From the NCBI GenBank assembly GCA_964583625.1, contig CAZOVA010000002.1, positions 29,452 through 93,451 on the forward strand: 64,000 nt of DNA, written 5' to 3'. The stretch comes from an uncultured Pseudomonadales bacterium. GTDB taxonomy: Bacteria; Patescibacteriota; Microgenomatia; UBA1400; PJMF01. Below the pieces are notes generated by a model that saw nothing but the letters and a program-made list of their open reading frames with translations, did not search any database and was not told the DNA's origin. Shown in pieces: positions 29,180 to 38,163 of the stretch (position 1 is the first letter of the stretch; every line of letters begins with the position of its first letter). A program made the position numbers and the translations under genes.

Positions 29180-30652
29180 ATGTCCAGAATGGAACAGACA
29201 ATTGAAGCGAAAAAAGAAAAGCGTCAAGCTTTGGAGAAATTGGGAGTAAAAATTCATCCTCATTCCTTTGCCAAAAAACATGACTTAGCTCAAGTACTTG
29301 CTTTGGTTGATAGTGGAGAAAAAGTCCAAACCGCTGGTCGGGTGCAGGCTTATCGAGCTCACGGAAAAGTCGTCTTTTTAGATTTGATAGATAGTCAAGG
29401 TAAAGTTCAAGTGCTGCTCCATCAGGGTCGACTAGGTGAGGCTAAGTTTGAGATTGCCCAGCTAGTAGATCCCGGAGATTTTTTAGGCATCACTGGAGTA
29501 GTAGAAAAAACCCGGACGGGAGAAATTACTATCTTGGCTCAAGACTTGGAATTTTTAGGAAAATCCCTTCGTCCTCTCCCCTCTTTGTGGAATGCTGCTG
29601 AAAATAAAGAAGCCCGTTTTCGTCAAAGATACTTAGATTTATTAGTCAATCCCCAAGCGGCAGAAATTTTGCGCAAGAGATGGAAAATTTTACGTCTTTG
29701 CCGAGAATTTTTACAAAATAACTTGGGTTATACAGAAGTAGAAACACCAATTTTGCAAGTGCTTTATGGCGGGACCAATGCCAAGCCGTTCACCACACAT
29801 ATGAATGCTTTGGATCACGATTTTTATTTGCGAATCGCTCCAGAGCTCTATTTAAAACGTTTGATCGTGGGGGGAATGGAAAAAATTTTTGAAATCGCTC
29901 GTAATTTTCGCAATGAAGGAATTGATCAAACACATTTGCCTGAATTTACGATGGTGGAATGGTATCAGGCTTATGCTGATTATTATGTGATGATGGATGA
30001 AATTGAGGCTTTAATTAAATTTTTACAAAAAGAAATTAATCAGAGCGATAAATTGCTAGTGGGAGAAGAGGAAATTAATTTATTAACCGAAGAAAAATGG
30101 CCCAAACTAACCATGGCTGAAGCTTTGGCAAAATATGAGAAGCTAGCAGTCGAAAAATTAAGTGATCAGGCTTTAGCAGAGCTTTTGATTAGTCATAAAT
30201 TAAAAATTATTGGCGATTTTTCTAGAGGAAAAGCAGTTTTTGCCCTTTTTGAACATTTAGTGGCCAATAAACTAATCAAACCAACTTGGATTATTGATTA
30301 TCCCAAAGATGTTTCTCCCTTGGCCAAAGCTCATCGAGAGAAAGCAGATTTAGTGGAGCGTTATGAGCTTTATATTGGCGGAAAAGAGATTGCTGACGGC
30401 TGGAGTGAGATTACTGATCCTTTGGAGCAAAGAGAGAGATTTGAAAATGAGCAAAAAAGAATGCGGGCAGGCGATGAGGAAGCTCAGCCCTTGGATGAAG
30501 AATTTTTGGAAGCGATGGAATACGGTCTCCCCCCTCTGGGAGGAGTAGGCTTAGGGATTGATCGTTTGGTTATGCTTTTGACCAATACTTGGTCGATAAA
30601 AGAAGTGATCGCTTTTCCAACCCTTAAGGCTGAAGAACAAATTAAAGAGTAG
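29180..30652 (+). CDS. lysS: lysine--tRNA ligase (class II)
   Basis: OB-fold anticodon-binding domain, class II motifs FRNEGID, GLGIDRLVMLLT. Confidence 0.95.
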   Translation: MSRMEQTIEAKKEKRQALEKLGVKIHPHSFAKKHDLAQVLALVDSGEKVQTAGRVQAYRAHGKVVFLDLIDSQGKVQVLLHQGRLGEAKFEIAQLVDPGDFLGITGVVEKTRTGEITILAQDLEFLGKSLRPLPSLWNAAENKEARFRQRYLDLLVNPQAAEILRKRWKILRLCREFLQNNLGYTEVETPILQVLYGGTNAKPFTTHMNALDHDFYLRIAPELYLKRLIVGGMEKIFEIARNFRNEGIDQTHLPEFTMVEWYQAYADYYVMMDEIEALIKFLQKEINQSDKLLVGEEEINLLTEEKWPKLTMAEALAKYEKLAVEKLSDQALAELLISHKLKIIGDFSRGKAVFALFEHLVANKLIKPTWIIDYPKDVSPLAKAHREKADLVERYELYIGGKEIADGWSEITDPLEQRERFENEQKRMRAGDEEAQPLDEEFLEAMEYGLPPLGGVGLGIDRLVMLLTNTWSIKEVIAFPTLKAEEQIKE

Positions 30653-30671
30653 AGATATAGTAAAGAGACAA

Positions 30672-31955
30672 ATGTTAGACATTAATTTTATTCGAGAAAA
30701 TATAAGCGCTGTCAAGGCTGGCGCGCGCGCCAAGCAACTTGACGACGCAGTCGTTGATCAACTTTTGGTCACTGACCAAAAGCGGCGAGAAATCTTACAA
30801 AAAGTAGAGGGCGCGCGCGCCAAAATCAATCAAAACACCGCTAATATCAAGAAATCTTTGCAAGAAAATGGAGTGAAACCTAATCCTCAGTTGGTCATTT
30901 TAGGACAAAAGCTCAAAGCAGAGCTAAAAGCTGATGAGGAAAAACTAAAAGAAATTGAGGGCGAATTTATTACCTTGAATTTGCAAATTCCTAATCCGCC
31001 AGCTGAAGATGTGCCTTTTGGTAAAGATGAGCGTGGCAATCAAGTGGTGAGGCAGGTAGGAGAAAAAAAACAATTCCCTTTTCCTCCCAAACCTCATGAA
31101 CAATTAATGGAAGAGTTGGATTTACTCGATACCAAGAGAGCAGTTAATATCGGTGGTTTCCGCAGCTATATGTTGAAAAACCAGGCTGTTATTTTAGAAC
31201 AAGCCTTACTCAACTATGGACTAAAAATGATGCTGGATCAAGGCTTTACTCCTTTGACGGCTCCTGTTTTGGTAAAAAAAGAAGCCATGACGGGAACAGG
31301 TTATTTCCCCTGGGGACAAGAAGATCATTATTATACTCAAGACGGACAAATTTTAGCAGGTACCGCTGAAGTAGCCTTGACTAGTTTTTATGCGGGTGAG
31401 CTATTGGTAGAAAAAGATTTACCGATTAAAATGGTGGGAATTTCTCCTTGTTTTCGTCGAGAAGTTGGCTCACATGGAAAAGATACTAAGGGAATTATCC
31501 GAGTTCATCAATTTAATAAGGTAGAACAAGTGGTCTATACCATTGCCGATGAAGCAGAAACAAGAAAGTGGCATGAAAAAATGGTTGCTTGGGCTGAGGA
31601 CCTATTAAACAATCTAGGCTTGCCTTATCAGGTTTTATTAATGTGTAGTGGTGATATGGGGGCTGGGCAGCGAAAAAAATATGATTTAGAAACTTGGTTT
31701 CCAGCGCAGAATAAATATCGCGAAACTCACAGTGCCAGCTACTTCAATGACTTTCAAGCTCGAAGGCTCAATATTAAATATCGTGCCAAAGATGGGACCA
31801 GCAAATATGTCTATACTCTCAACAATACGGTGGCAGCCTCCCCTCGCCTCTTGGCGGCCATAATTGAAAATTATCAGCAAGCAGATGGTTCAATTGATAT
31901 TCCAGAGGTTTTACAACCTTTGACAGGGTTTGCCAAAATCGAAAAGCACTCTTAA
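30672..31955 (+). CDS. serS: serine--tRNA ligase
   Basis: N-terminal coiled-coil arm, class II core (FRREVGSHGKDTKGIIRVHQFNKVE, TLNNTVAASPRLL). Confidence 0.95.
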   Translation: MLDINFIRENISAVKAGARAKQLDDAVVDQLLVTDQKRREILQKVEGARAKINQNTANIKKSLQENGVKPNPQLVILGQKLKAELKADEEKLKEIEGEFITLNLQIPNPPAEDVPFGKDERGNQVVRQVGEKKQFPFPPKPHEQLMEELDLLDTKRAVNIGGFRSYMLKNQAVILEQALLNYGLKMMLDQGFTPLTAPVLVKKEAMTGTGYFPWGQEDHYYTQDGQILAGTAEVALTSFYAGELLVEKDLPIKMVGISPCFRREVGSHGKDTKGIIRVHQFNKVEQVVYTIADEAETRKWHEKMVAWAEDLLNNLGLPYQVLLMCSGDMGAGQRKKYDLETWFPAQNKYRETHSASYFNDFQARRLNIKYRAKDGTSKYVYTLNNTVAASPRLLAAIIENYQQADGSIDIPEVLQPLTGFAKIEKHS

Positions 31956-31971
31956 AACGTTTGGCTTTTTC

Positions 31972-32091
31972 TTAGCAGTCGTGCAACATAAAAAAATCAC
32001 TTTTCAATTATTCCAGAGTCAGAAAAAAAATTATTAGCTTTTATTTTTAGCAGTTGTGCAACTTTACAAGTCAAGTCGTGCAACTTTTACA
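31972..32091. repeat. three direct copies of the GCAGTYGTGCAAC(W)T motif upstream of miaB
   Basis: gcagtcgtgcaacat (31975-31989), gcagttgtgcaacttt (32050-32065), caagtcgtgcaactttt (32072-32088). -10 TATAAT follows at about 32131-32136. Confidence 0.55.
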
Positions 32092-32153
32092 ATTTTTCCT
32101 TACAATTCCCCTCACGGCAAAAAATTTAATTCTTCAGTTATAATAAGTCTCCT

Positions 32154-33284
32154 GTGAAATATTTTATTAAAACTTATGGTTGTCAGGCCAATAAACTGGA
32201 GAGCGAAAGACAAGCCACTTTTTATGAGCAGCAAGGTTTGACAGAAACTGATGATTGGCGGCAAGCAGAAAAAATTTTTCTTAACACCTGTAGTGTGCGT
32301 AAAGCGGCTGATGATCGGGTCTGGTCACTTTTGAATAAGATGACGACCTATTTTGCTAATAAAAAATCCAAACCAGAGGTTATCCTCAGCGGTTGTATGT
32401 CTCGTTATCAGGAACAAATTTTACAGAAATATCCTCTAGTGAGCAAAGTCCAAGAACCCTCTAGTGTTAGTTTTGACCTTCCTCCGAAAAGAAAAGATCA
32501 AAAACAGGCATTCGTGCAGATTAGTAAGGGTTGCAATTCTTTTTGCACTTATTGTGTGGTCCCTTATGCTCGAGGAAGAGAGGTATCACGCACTCTAGCT
32601 GCTGTTTTGCAAGATGTTCAGCAAGCGGTGGCGGCTGGTTATCAAGAAATCACTCTTTTAGGACAGAATGTTAATTCTTGGGGCTTGGAAAAAGTGGGTA
32701 TTGGTCAACGCAAGGAAAACTTTGCCAGTTATGCAGATTTTCCAGAAAATAGAGATCAATATTTACAGTTTGCGGGAACACCTCCTTTTGTGAAGCTTTT
32801 GCAAGAAATTAGCCGGATTGATAAAGTAAAAAAAATTCGTTTCTTAACCTCCAATCCTTGGGATTTTTATGATGAATTAATTGAAGAAGTGGGGAGAAAT
32901 AAAAAAATAGACCGTTTTCTCCATTTGCCAGTTCAGTCTGGCAGCAATGAGGTTTTGAAAAGAATGAATCGGGGTTACACAGCTGAACAATATCTCAATC
33001 TTATCACTCGTTTGCGCTCTTTGGATCCAGAAATCACTATTGGCACTGATATTATTGTCGGTTTTGGCAATGAAACCCTGAGTGAGTTTGAGGAAACTTT
33101 GAGTTTGGTCAAAAAGGCCAATTTTATTATGGCTTTTGTGGCTATTTACTCTCCCCGACCTGGAACAGTGGCAGTCAAACTTTACCCTGACAAAATTCCT
33201 TTTGCGGAAAAGAAAAGACGTTTTGAGCTTTTAGATAAAATTATTAATAAAGATCAGTTGGCCAAAAGACCAAAAATTGTTTAA
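32154..33284 (+). CDS. miaB: radical-SAM methylthiotransferase, MiaB-like (tRNA i6A37 2-methylthiolation)
   Basis: UPF0004 N-terminal domain (YFIKTYGCQAN), radical SAM CNSFCTYCVVP. Short C-terminus with a reduced TRAM domain. Followed by miaA. Confidence 0.85.
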   Translation: MKYFIKTYGCQANKLESERQATFYEQQGLTETDDWRQAEKIFLNTCSVRKAADDRVWSLLNKMTTYFANKKSKPEVILSGCMSRYQEQILQKYPLVSKVQEPSSVSFDLPPKRKDQKQAFVQISKGCNSFCTYCVVPYARGREVSRTLAAVLQDVQQAVAAGYQEITLLGQNVNSWGLEKVGIGQRKENFASYADFPENRDQYLQFAGTPPFVKLLQEISRIDKVKKIRFLTSNPWDFYDELIEEVGRNKKIDRFLHLPVQSGSNEVLKRMNRGYTAEQYLNLITRLRSLDPEITIGTDIIVGFGNETLSEFEETLSLVKKANFIMAFVAIYSPRPGTVAVKLYPDKIPFAEKKRRFELLDKIINKDQLAKRPKIV

Positions 33285-33287
33285 GGC

Positions 33288-34214
33288 ATGAAAATTATTT
33301 CTATTGTCGGTCCGACAGCTAGCGGCAAAACGAAATTGGCGCAAAAAATGATTGAACATTTTTTGCAGCAAGGGGTGGCGGTGGACTTAATTTCCTTGGA
33401 TTCTCGGCAAATTTATCGTCAGTTGCCAGTTTTGAGTGGCGCCGACATTCAAGATTTTCACTTATGGCAGGCTGATCCAAGAGTACAAATTTTTAATTTA
33501 CTCAGTCACGAAATTGATCAAAACTGGTCTTTGGGGGAATGCGCCAGACAAACGGCCTTGATTGTCAAACAAGCCAAAGCAAGAAAGCATCAAGTTTTGC
33601 TCTTGGGCGGAACATTACTTTATCATCAAAGAGTGATTGGCAATAATGAGTTGATCAATGTTCCGCCCAATGAAAATATTCGTCTTGCAGCTGAAAATCA
33701 TAGTCTGGCTGATTTACAAAAATGGCTTAAAAGGGTGGACGGTCATACCTATAAAAATCTCAATGCTAGTGACTTAGCTAATCCTCGACGGTTGATTCGC
33801 AAGATTGAGATCGCCCTTTATCAAAAACTTTTTCCTCAAGCTGAAGCAAAATTATTACAGTTGGACGAAACACTAGAACATTTTTATGTGGAGCCTATTT
33901 ATCAGATCAAAACTTTACCGCAAATCATTGCCAAGAGAGTGAAATGGCGTTTTGATCATGGAGCTGTCGGTGAAGTAGAAGCAATTTTGCGCCAAAAACC
34001 AGGTGTGATGAAAAATCAAGAAGCGCTTTCGCGTCTGCCTTTGGGTTTTGAAGAAATTGCTCAATTTTTGCAAGGGAAACTGGAAATTAAACAATGTCAA
34101 GATTTATGGAGTTTGCATGAGTGGCAGTACGCCAAGAGACAATTAACTTTTTTGCAAAAATTGAAAAAGGAGCAACCGCATAGTTTTAAAACTATAGCTC
34201 AAGTTTTAACTTAA
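33288..34214 (+). CDS. miaA: tRNA dimethylallyltransferase
   Basis: P-loop IVGPTASGKT, LISLDSRQIYRQLPVLSG. Confidence 0.9.
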   Translation: MKIISIVGPTASGKTKLAQKMIEHFLQQGVAVDLISLDSRQIYRQLPVLSGADIQDFHLWQADPRVQIFNLLSHEIDQNWSLGECARQTALIVKQAKARKHQVLLLGGTLLYHQRVIGNNELINVPPNENIRLAAENHSLADLQKWLKRVDGHTYKNLNASDLANPRRLIRKIEIALYQKLFPQAEAKLLQLDETLEHFYVEPIYQIKTLPQIIAKRVKWRFDHGAVGEVEAILRQKPGVMKNQEALSRLPLGFEEIAQFLQGKLEIKQCQDLWSLHEWQYAKRQLTFLQKLKKEQPHSFKTIAQVLT

Positions 34215-34223
34215 AAAGTCAAG

Positions 34224-34541
34224 CTATTTATTTTTAACAATCACTCCCACCTGATCAATTAAAGGAAAGTCTTGCCTAATCAAGTCCCAAAACTTTTCAC
34301 TTACTTTGGCTGAGTAAACAGAATTATTAGTTCTTTCCATACTACCACAAAGCCTTTTTTCCCAATTACGAGCCAAATGTAAAAAGTCACGACCCAACTG
34401 ATTGAATTTTGTCCTGTTTACTTCTGGATTAAGGGCAAAGTTTTGATGGACAGCGGCGAAATCGGCAAATAATTGATCCTGACTTTGTTTGAAAAGATTA
34501 TAAATTTGAGCTGTTTTTGTTTTTGCCATAATCGGTAGCAA
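34224..34541 (-). CDS. hypothetical protein
   Basis: 105-aa ORF downstream of the methyltransferase on the same strand. No family recognised. Confidence 0.3.
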   Translation of the reverse strand: MLPIMAKTKTAQIYNLFKQSQDQLFADFAAVHQNFALNPEVNRTKFNQLGRDFLHLARNWEKRLCGSMERTNNSVYSAKVSEKFWDLIRQDFPLIDQVGVIVKNK

Positions 34542-34677
34542 TTATACATGAGGTTAAAGAAAGAAAACAAGGAAAATTGAGAAGAAACTTGACCTTTAAA
34601 GTTTTTTGTCTAATATCATATATTATGCTTATGACTAAATTTAAATTATTTTACACTTTTTTAAGTCGTTCATATTT

Positions 34678-35685
34678 TTATATTACTTGAAATTCCATTT
34701 GTAAATTTTTCTTTTCTGCTTTTTCAACTCTCTCGCTCACTTTGAATAAATCTGGTTTTTTGTCTAATTCTTTTATTCGTCGTTCTGAAATTTTTACGTA
34801 TTTTTCATTTGCGTCAATTCCGATATAATTTTTCCCGAGTTTCTTTGCGGCTACTGCCGTTGTTCCGCTTCCAATAAATGGGTCAAGCACAATAGCATTT
34901 TTTGAAAAAGCTGAAAGTTTTATCAAATACTCGCAAACGGCCAATGGTTTTACGGTTTTATGGTCATTATATTCTCCTTTTTCTTTTTTGGTTGGTTTAG
35001 GGAGTAAAAATGCCTTGTCTATCAATTCGTTAATGCTCTCTATCGTAAAAACATTTGCCGGATACATATTGTTGCCAATTTTTACGTTTGTATTGAACAT
35101 GCCCACTTCGTGCTTAAGCATATTATTTAAATAGGTCTGATCGGTAGGTTTCTGTGCCATTGCGATTGGCTCAAAACAAGATTTTATTTGCGGAGTTTTC
35201 CAGCCATTTAGTTTTTCCTTGATTTTTTTCTTCGCTTTCTCGTCAATATTCATTTTCTTGATAAAATGGTCAACACTCATAGCTTTGGCTTGATTTTGAG
35301 TATAAAGCCACATAAACGCGTCTCGTATTTCAAAACCAGCGTCATCTATTGCCGAAGCCATTCGGTGGTAAAGCCGAGGGCTAGAAAAAGAAAAGAAAAA
35401 TCCTCCCGGCTTTAAAACTCTAAAAATTTCTTTTGAAATATCTAAATACCAAGCATAAAATCTTTTTCCTTGCTCTCTATCAAACTTCATTCCAGCAGGT
35501 AAAGATTTTATCGTGTATTGATTGCTTTGGTTAGAAACTTCCTCGTAATCCCAGTTATTATCTAATTTATCCAAAAAATATGGCGGGTCGGTCAAAACAA
35601 CATCAATAGAATTGTCCTCAATTTTAGGAAGTAATTCTAATGTATCCGCACAAATAATTTTATTTATGAATTTGTTATTTTTCAT
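34678..35685 (-). CDS. DNA methyltransferase (N6-adenine/N4-cytosine, beta class)
   Basis: Motif IV DPPY (VVLTDPPYFLDK) preceding motif I (VLDPFIGSGTTAVAAKKLG). This is the beta-group order of amino-methyltransferases. 3 nt after the upstream nuclease gene. Confidence 0.8.
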   Translation of the reverse strand: MKNNKFINKIICADTLELLPKIEDNSIDVVLTDPPYFLDKLDNNWDYEEVSNQSNQYTIKSLPAGMKFDREQGKRFYAWYLDISKEIFRVLKPGGFFFSFSSPRLYHRMASAIDDAGFEIRDAFMWLYTQNQAKAMSVDHFIKKMNIDEKAKKKIKEKLNGWKTPQIKSCFEPIAMAQKPTDQTYLNNMLKHEVGMFNTNVKIGNNMYPANVFTIESINELIDKAFLLPKPTKKEKGEYNDHKTVKPLAVCEYLIKLSAFSKNAIVLDPFIGSGTTAVAAKKLGKNYIGIDANEKYVKISERRIKELDKKPDLFKVSERVEKAEKKNLQMEFQVI

Positions 35686-35688
35686 AAA

Positions 35689-36429
35689 TCACTTTTTTAA
35701 ATTAGGATTTTTACCATTAAACTCGTTATATAAAATCTTGTAAATTTTTTGTCGCACATCTTTATCAAAATTTCTAACAAAATTTGCGTATGCCAATTTT
35801 ATAACTCTGCCTTTATCGTCATAAATCCACCTGTTTCTATCTCCTCTGTTACATTTTTGGCATTGCGGAATTATGTTTCCAGCAACAAGCGGCTTATTTG
35901 GGTCCATATGCGCTTTTTGCAGAATTGTTTTTGTCGCTGGCCAATGAAAATGAGGTTTTCCCTCTTGTGAGCCACAAGTGGCGCAACGAAAGTTATATTT
36001 TTCCTTTATCTCGCCCCAGTTATCGGTTTCCGAAATTCTATGCCCTTTCTTAAATCCGGGATACGGTTGCTCTAAAGTATAAAGTTGATACGATCCTCTT
36101 TCTATTCTCAAAACTATGTTATCGCGTCCACCAGCGACTATCCACCACCCCGCTTGCGCTCCTAAATGTCTAGCTTGTTGGACGTCGTTTGTATTTGGAT
36201 AATAACTTCTAACAAATTTTGTTAATTCTTCTTTGCTAACTTTACGAGTATTCGGATAATCATAAGTAAGATAAACCAAAACAAGAGCATCCTTTGTAAA
36301 ATTTCCCTGCGAGTCATAAAGTTTTGGCAACTTTACGCCAAACTGTTTTAAATACTTTTTGTGAAACTCACAAATTGTTTTATAAATACTCTCTATGGAT
36401 TTTTTGTTTAAAATGAGATTGTCTAACAT
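35689..36429 (-). CDS. putative type II restriction endonuclease with a Cys4 HNH (beta-beta-alpha-Me) nuclease motif
   Basis: CATCGSQEGKPHFHW...QKAHMDPNKP...NIIPQCQKCNRGDRN: CxxC...HxH...N...CxxC HNH signature. Operonic with the methyltransferase. AT-rich relative to flanks. Confidence 0.5.
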   Translation of the reverse strand: MLDNLILNKKSIESIYKTICEFHKKYLKQFGVKLPKLYDSQGNFTKDALVLVYLTYDYPNTRKVSKEELTKFVRSYYPNTNDVQQARHLGAQAGWWIVAGGRDNIVLRIERGSYQLYTLEQPYPGFKKGHRISETDNWGEIKEKYNFRCATCGSQEGKPHFHWPATKTILQKAHMDPNKPLVAGNIIPQCQKCNRGDRNRWIYDDKGRVIKLAYANFVRNFDKDVRQKIYKILYNEFNGKNPNLKK

Positions 36430-36536
36430 AGTTTTATTTTATTATATCTTCTATTCAATTATATGATACCAAATTATATAAAAACAAGCAAATTGATTTT
36501 GGGGGAGTTCCTTTCCCAAAACGGCGAAAGTTGCGA

Positions 36537-36613
36537 TTGGTGGCCGCTTAGGGACTCGAACCCCAGACCTACCGGATGTAAACCGGGCGCTCTAACCAAC
36601 TGAGCTAAGCGGC
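36537..36613 (-). tRNA. tRNA-Val (anticodon TAC), CCA encoded
   Basis: Reverse complement GGCCGCT-TA-GCTC-AGTTGGTTA-GAGC-G-CCCGG-TTTACAT-CCGGT-AGGTC-TGGGG-TTCGAGT-CCCTA-AGCGGCC-A-CCA. Anticodon loop TTTACAT. Confidence 0.75.
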
Positions 36614-36680
36614 CACAAGAGTAGTATTATAGCACGCTTCACTGTCAGGATCTAAAATAAGAAATTAATTTAAAAAAAGC

Positions 36681-36754
36681 GTGGACTCTAGAGGACTCGA
36701 ACCTCTGACCTTTGCAATGTCAATGCAACACTCTAACCAACTGAGCTAAGAGTC
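36681..36754 (-). tRNA. tRNA-Val (anticodon GAC)
   Basis: Reverse complement GGACTCT-TA-GCTC-AGTTGGTTA-GAGT-G-TTGCA-TTGACAT-TGCAA-AGGTC-AGAGG-TTCGAGT-CCTCT-AGAGTCC-A. No encoded CCA. Confidence 0.8.
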
Positions 36755-36863
36755 CAGAAACTTTCTCCTTATTATAACACGAAACACAAGAGGAAAAGAA
36801 GCCAGGATTATTTTGTAAAAATGAATTAAAAAATTAAACTAGAGACAAAAATTTATTTTTTTA

Positions 36864-36872
36864 TGTTATAAT
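36864..36872 (+). promoter_or_regulatory. extended -10 promoter element TGTTATAAT for the infC-rpmI-rplT operon
   Basis: TGnTATAAT at 36864-36872. AAGGAG Shine-Dalgarno at 36944-36949 precedes the likely GTG start. Confidence 0.35.
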
Positions 36873-36960
36873 TGTCCGTCTGTAATGATGAAAAAGGAAA
36901 AAGTAGCCGGTGCTTAAAAAAGGCAACTCTAGATATCACTCTAATAAGGAGCGGGTCTTC

Positions 36961-37479
36961 GTGGTGGCTAATACACAGTTACGCTTTCCTCAACTGCGGG
37001 TTATGGATGAAAGAGGCAATAATTTGGGCATTATGTCCAGAGAAGAAGCCTTAGATAAAGCTTATGCCAGTGAAAAAGACCTGGTCTTAGTCACTGACAA
37101 AGCTGATCCACCAGTAGTTAAAATCATTGAGCTCTCTAAATATCGCTATCAATTGTCGCAAAAAAAAGCCGATGAAAGAAGAAAAAATCGCGCTCAAGAT
37201 TTGAAAGAAATTCGTTTAACACCTTTCATTGGTGAAAATGATTTACAAGCCAAATTGCGTAAAGCAAGAGATTTTTTGAAGCACAATGACAAAGTGCGCT
37301 TGTCAATGGAATTGCGCGGGCGCAATATTACCAAACAAGACATTGCTCAAGAAATTCTCAATCGAGTAGTCCAAGAATTAGCCGATGTTTCTCAAATAGA
37401 AACACCAGCTAAGCTCTTAGGTAAAAAAATGCAGCTACAGTTGATGCCGATGAAGAGGAAAAAAACACCTAAGCTTTAA
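36961..37479 (+). CDS. infC: translation initiation factor IF-3
   Basis: PQLRVMDERGNNLGIMSREEALDKA, DLVLVTDKADPPVVKIIELSKYRY and the C-terminal domain. Likely non-ATG (GTG) start near 36961, 11 nt after AAGGAG. The listed ORF from 36910 probably over-extends. Confidence 0.85.
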   Translation: MVANTQLRFPQLRVMDERGNNLGIMSREEALDKAYASEKDLVLVTDKADPPVVKIIELSKYRYQLSQKKADERRKNRAQDLKEIRLTPFIGENDLQAKLRKARDFLKHNDKVRLSMELRGRNITKQDIAQEILNRVVQELADVSQIETPAKLLGKKMQLQLMPMKRKKTPKL

Positions 37480-37500
37480 ATTTGATCTAAAAAGGAAATC

Positions 37501-37707
37501 ATGGCTAAAAGTTATAAAAGAAAAACAAGAAAAGCAGCTGCTAAACGTTTTAAAGTGACCGCTAGTGGTAAGATTATGCGTCGAGTGCAAAATATGCGCC
37601 ATCTACGGGCTAATAAAAGCAAAAAAGCAAGAAGAAACTATCGTCGACTAGTAGAAGTCAAAGGCGGTATGGAGAAAAAAATTAGGAGAATGTTGGGCTT
37701 AGCCTAA
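37501..37707 (+). CDS. rpmI: 50S ribosomal protein L35
   Basis: MAKSYKRKTRKAAAKRFKVTASGKIMRR canonical L35. Confidence 0.9.
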   Translation: MAKSYKRKTRKAAAKRFKVTASGKIMRRVQNMRHLRANKSKKARRNYRRLVEVKGGMEKKIRRMLGLA

Positions 37708-37733
37708 TTTTCTACAGAAAAAGAGGAAAATAT

Positions 37734-38084
37734 ATGAGAGTTAAAACTGGTTTTGTGCGCTCCCGCGCTCATAAGAAAGTTATCAAGGCGAACAAGGGTT
37801 TTCGAGGCACTAATCGTCGTTTGTTCAAAAGAGCTAATGAGGCCCGTTTGCACGCTGGTCAATATGCTTATGTGGGTCGCAAATTGCGTAAAAGAGATAT
37901 GCGCACCCTTTGGATTTTGCGCATTAGCGCCGCCATCAAACAAGTAGATGAGAAACTCAATTATTCACGTTTTATCTCACTTTTGCGTCAAGCAAAAATT
38001 TCTCTTGATCGAAAAATTTTAGCTGATTTAGCGGTCAATGATAGTGATGCTTTTGCGGCAGTGGTAAAGAAGGCCAGCAAGTAA
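37734..38084 (+). CDS. rplT: 50S ribosomal protein L20
   Basis: MRVKTGFVRSRAHKKVIKANKGFRG...YAYVGRKLRKRDMRTLWILRI canonical L20. Confidence 0.95.
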   Translation: MRVKTGFVRSRAHKKVIKANKGFRGTNRRLFKRANEARLHAGQYAYVGRKLRKRDMRTLWILRISAAIKQVDEKLNYSRFISLLRQAKISLDRKILADLAVNDSDAFAAVVKKASK

Positions 38085-38163
38085 TTTTCCTCTAGTATTG
38101 ATTGAAAAATTGCCTTTAAATGTCCCATGAAAAATTGGGCATTTCTGTTATAATGGGATTCTT

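Noticed and set aside
30715-30835. Two GCGCGCGCGCC tracts about 95 nt apart inside serS, and a similar tract at 10790-10820 in gyrB: possible Z-DNA or regulatory repeats
   Set aside because: They simply encode Ala-Arg-Ala-Lys / ARARLAARAA segments of the proteins in frame. No evidence of function beyond coding.
36430-36536. Possible att direct repeat or terminator between the restriction-modification island and tRNA-Val
   Set aside because: Only a weak TTTTGGG...CCCAAAA inverted repeat. No copy of the tRNA 3' end was found on the miaA side of the island (around 34215-34680), so island boundaries cannot be defined from the sequence alone.
38120-38150. Imperfect hairpin (aaatgtcccatgaaaaattgggcattt) after rplT as a terminator or attenuator
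   Set aside because: Stem is interrupted and not followed by a clean T-run. It may reduce read-through into dnaX but is too weak to annotate.
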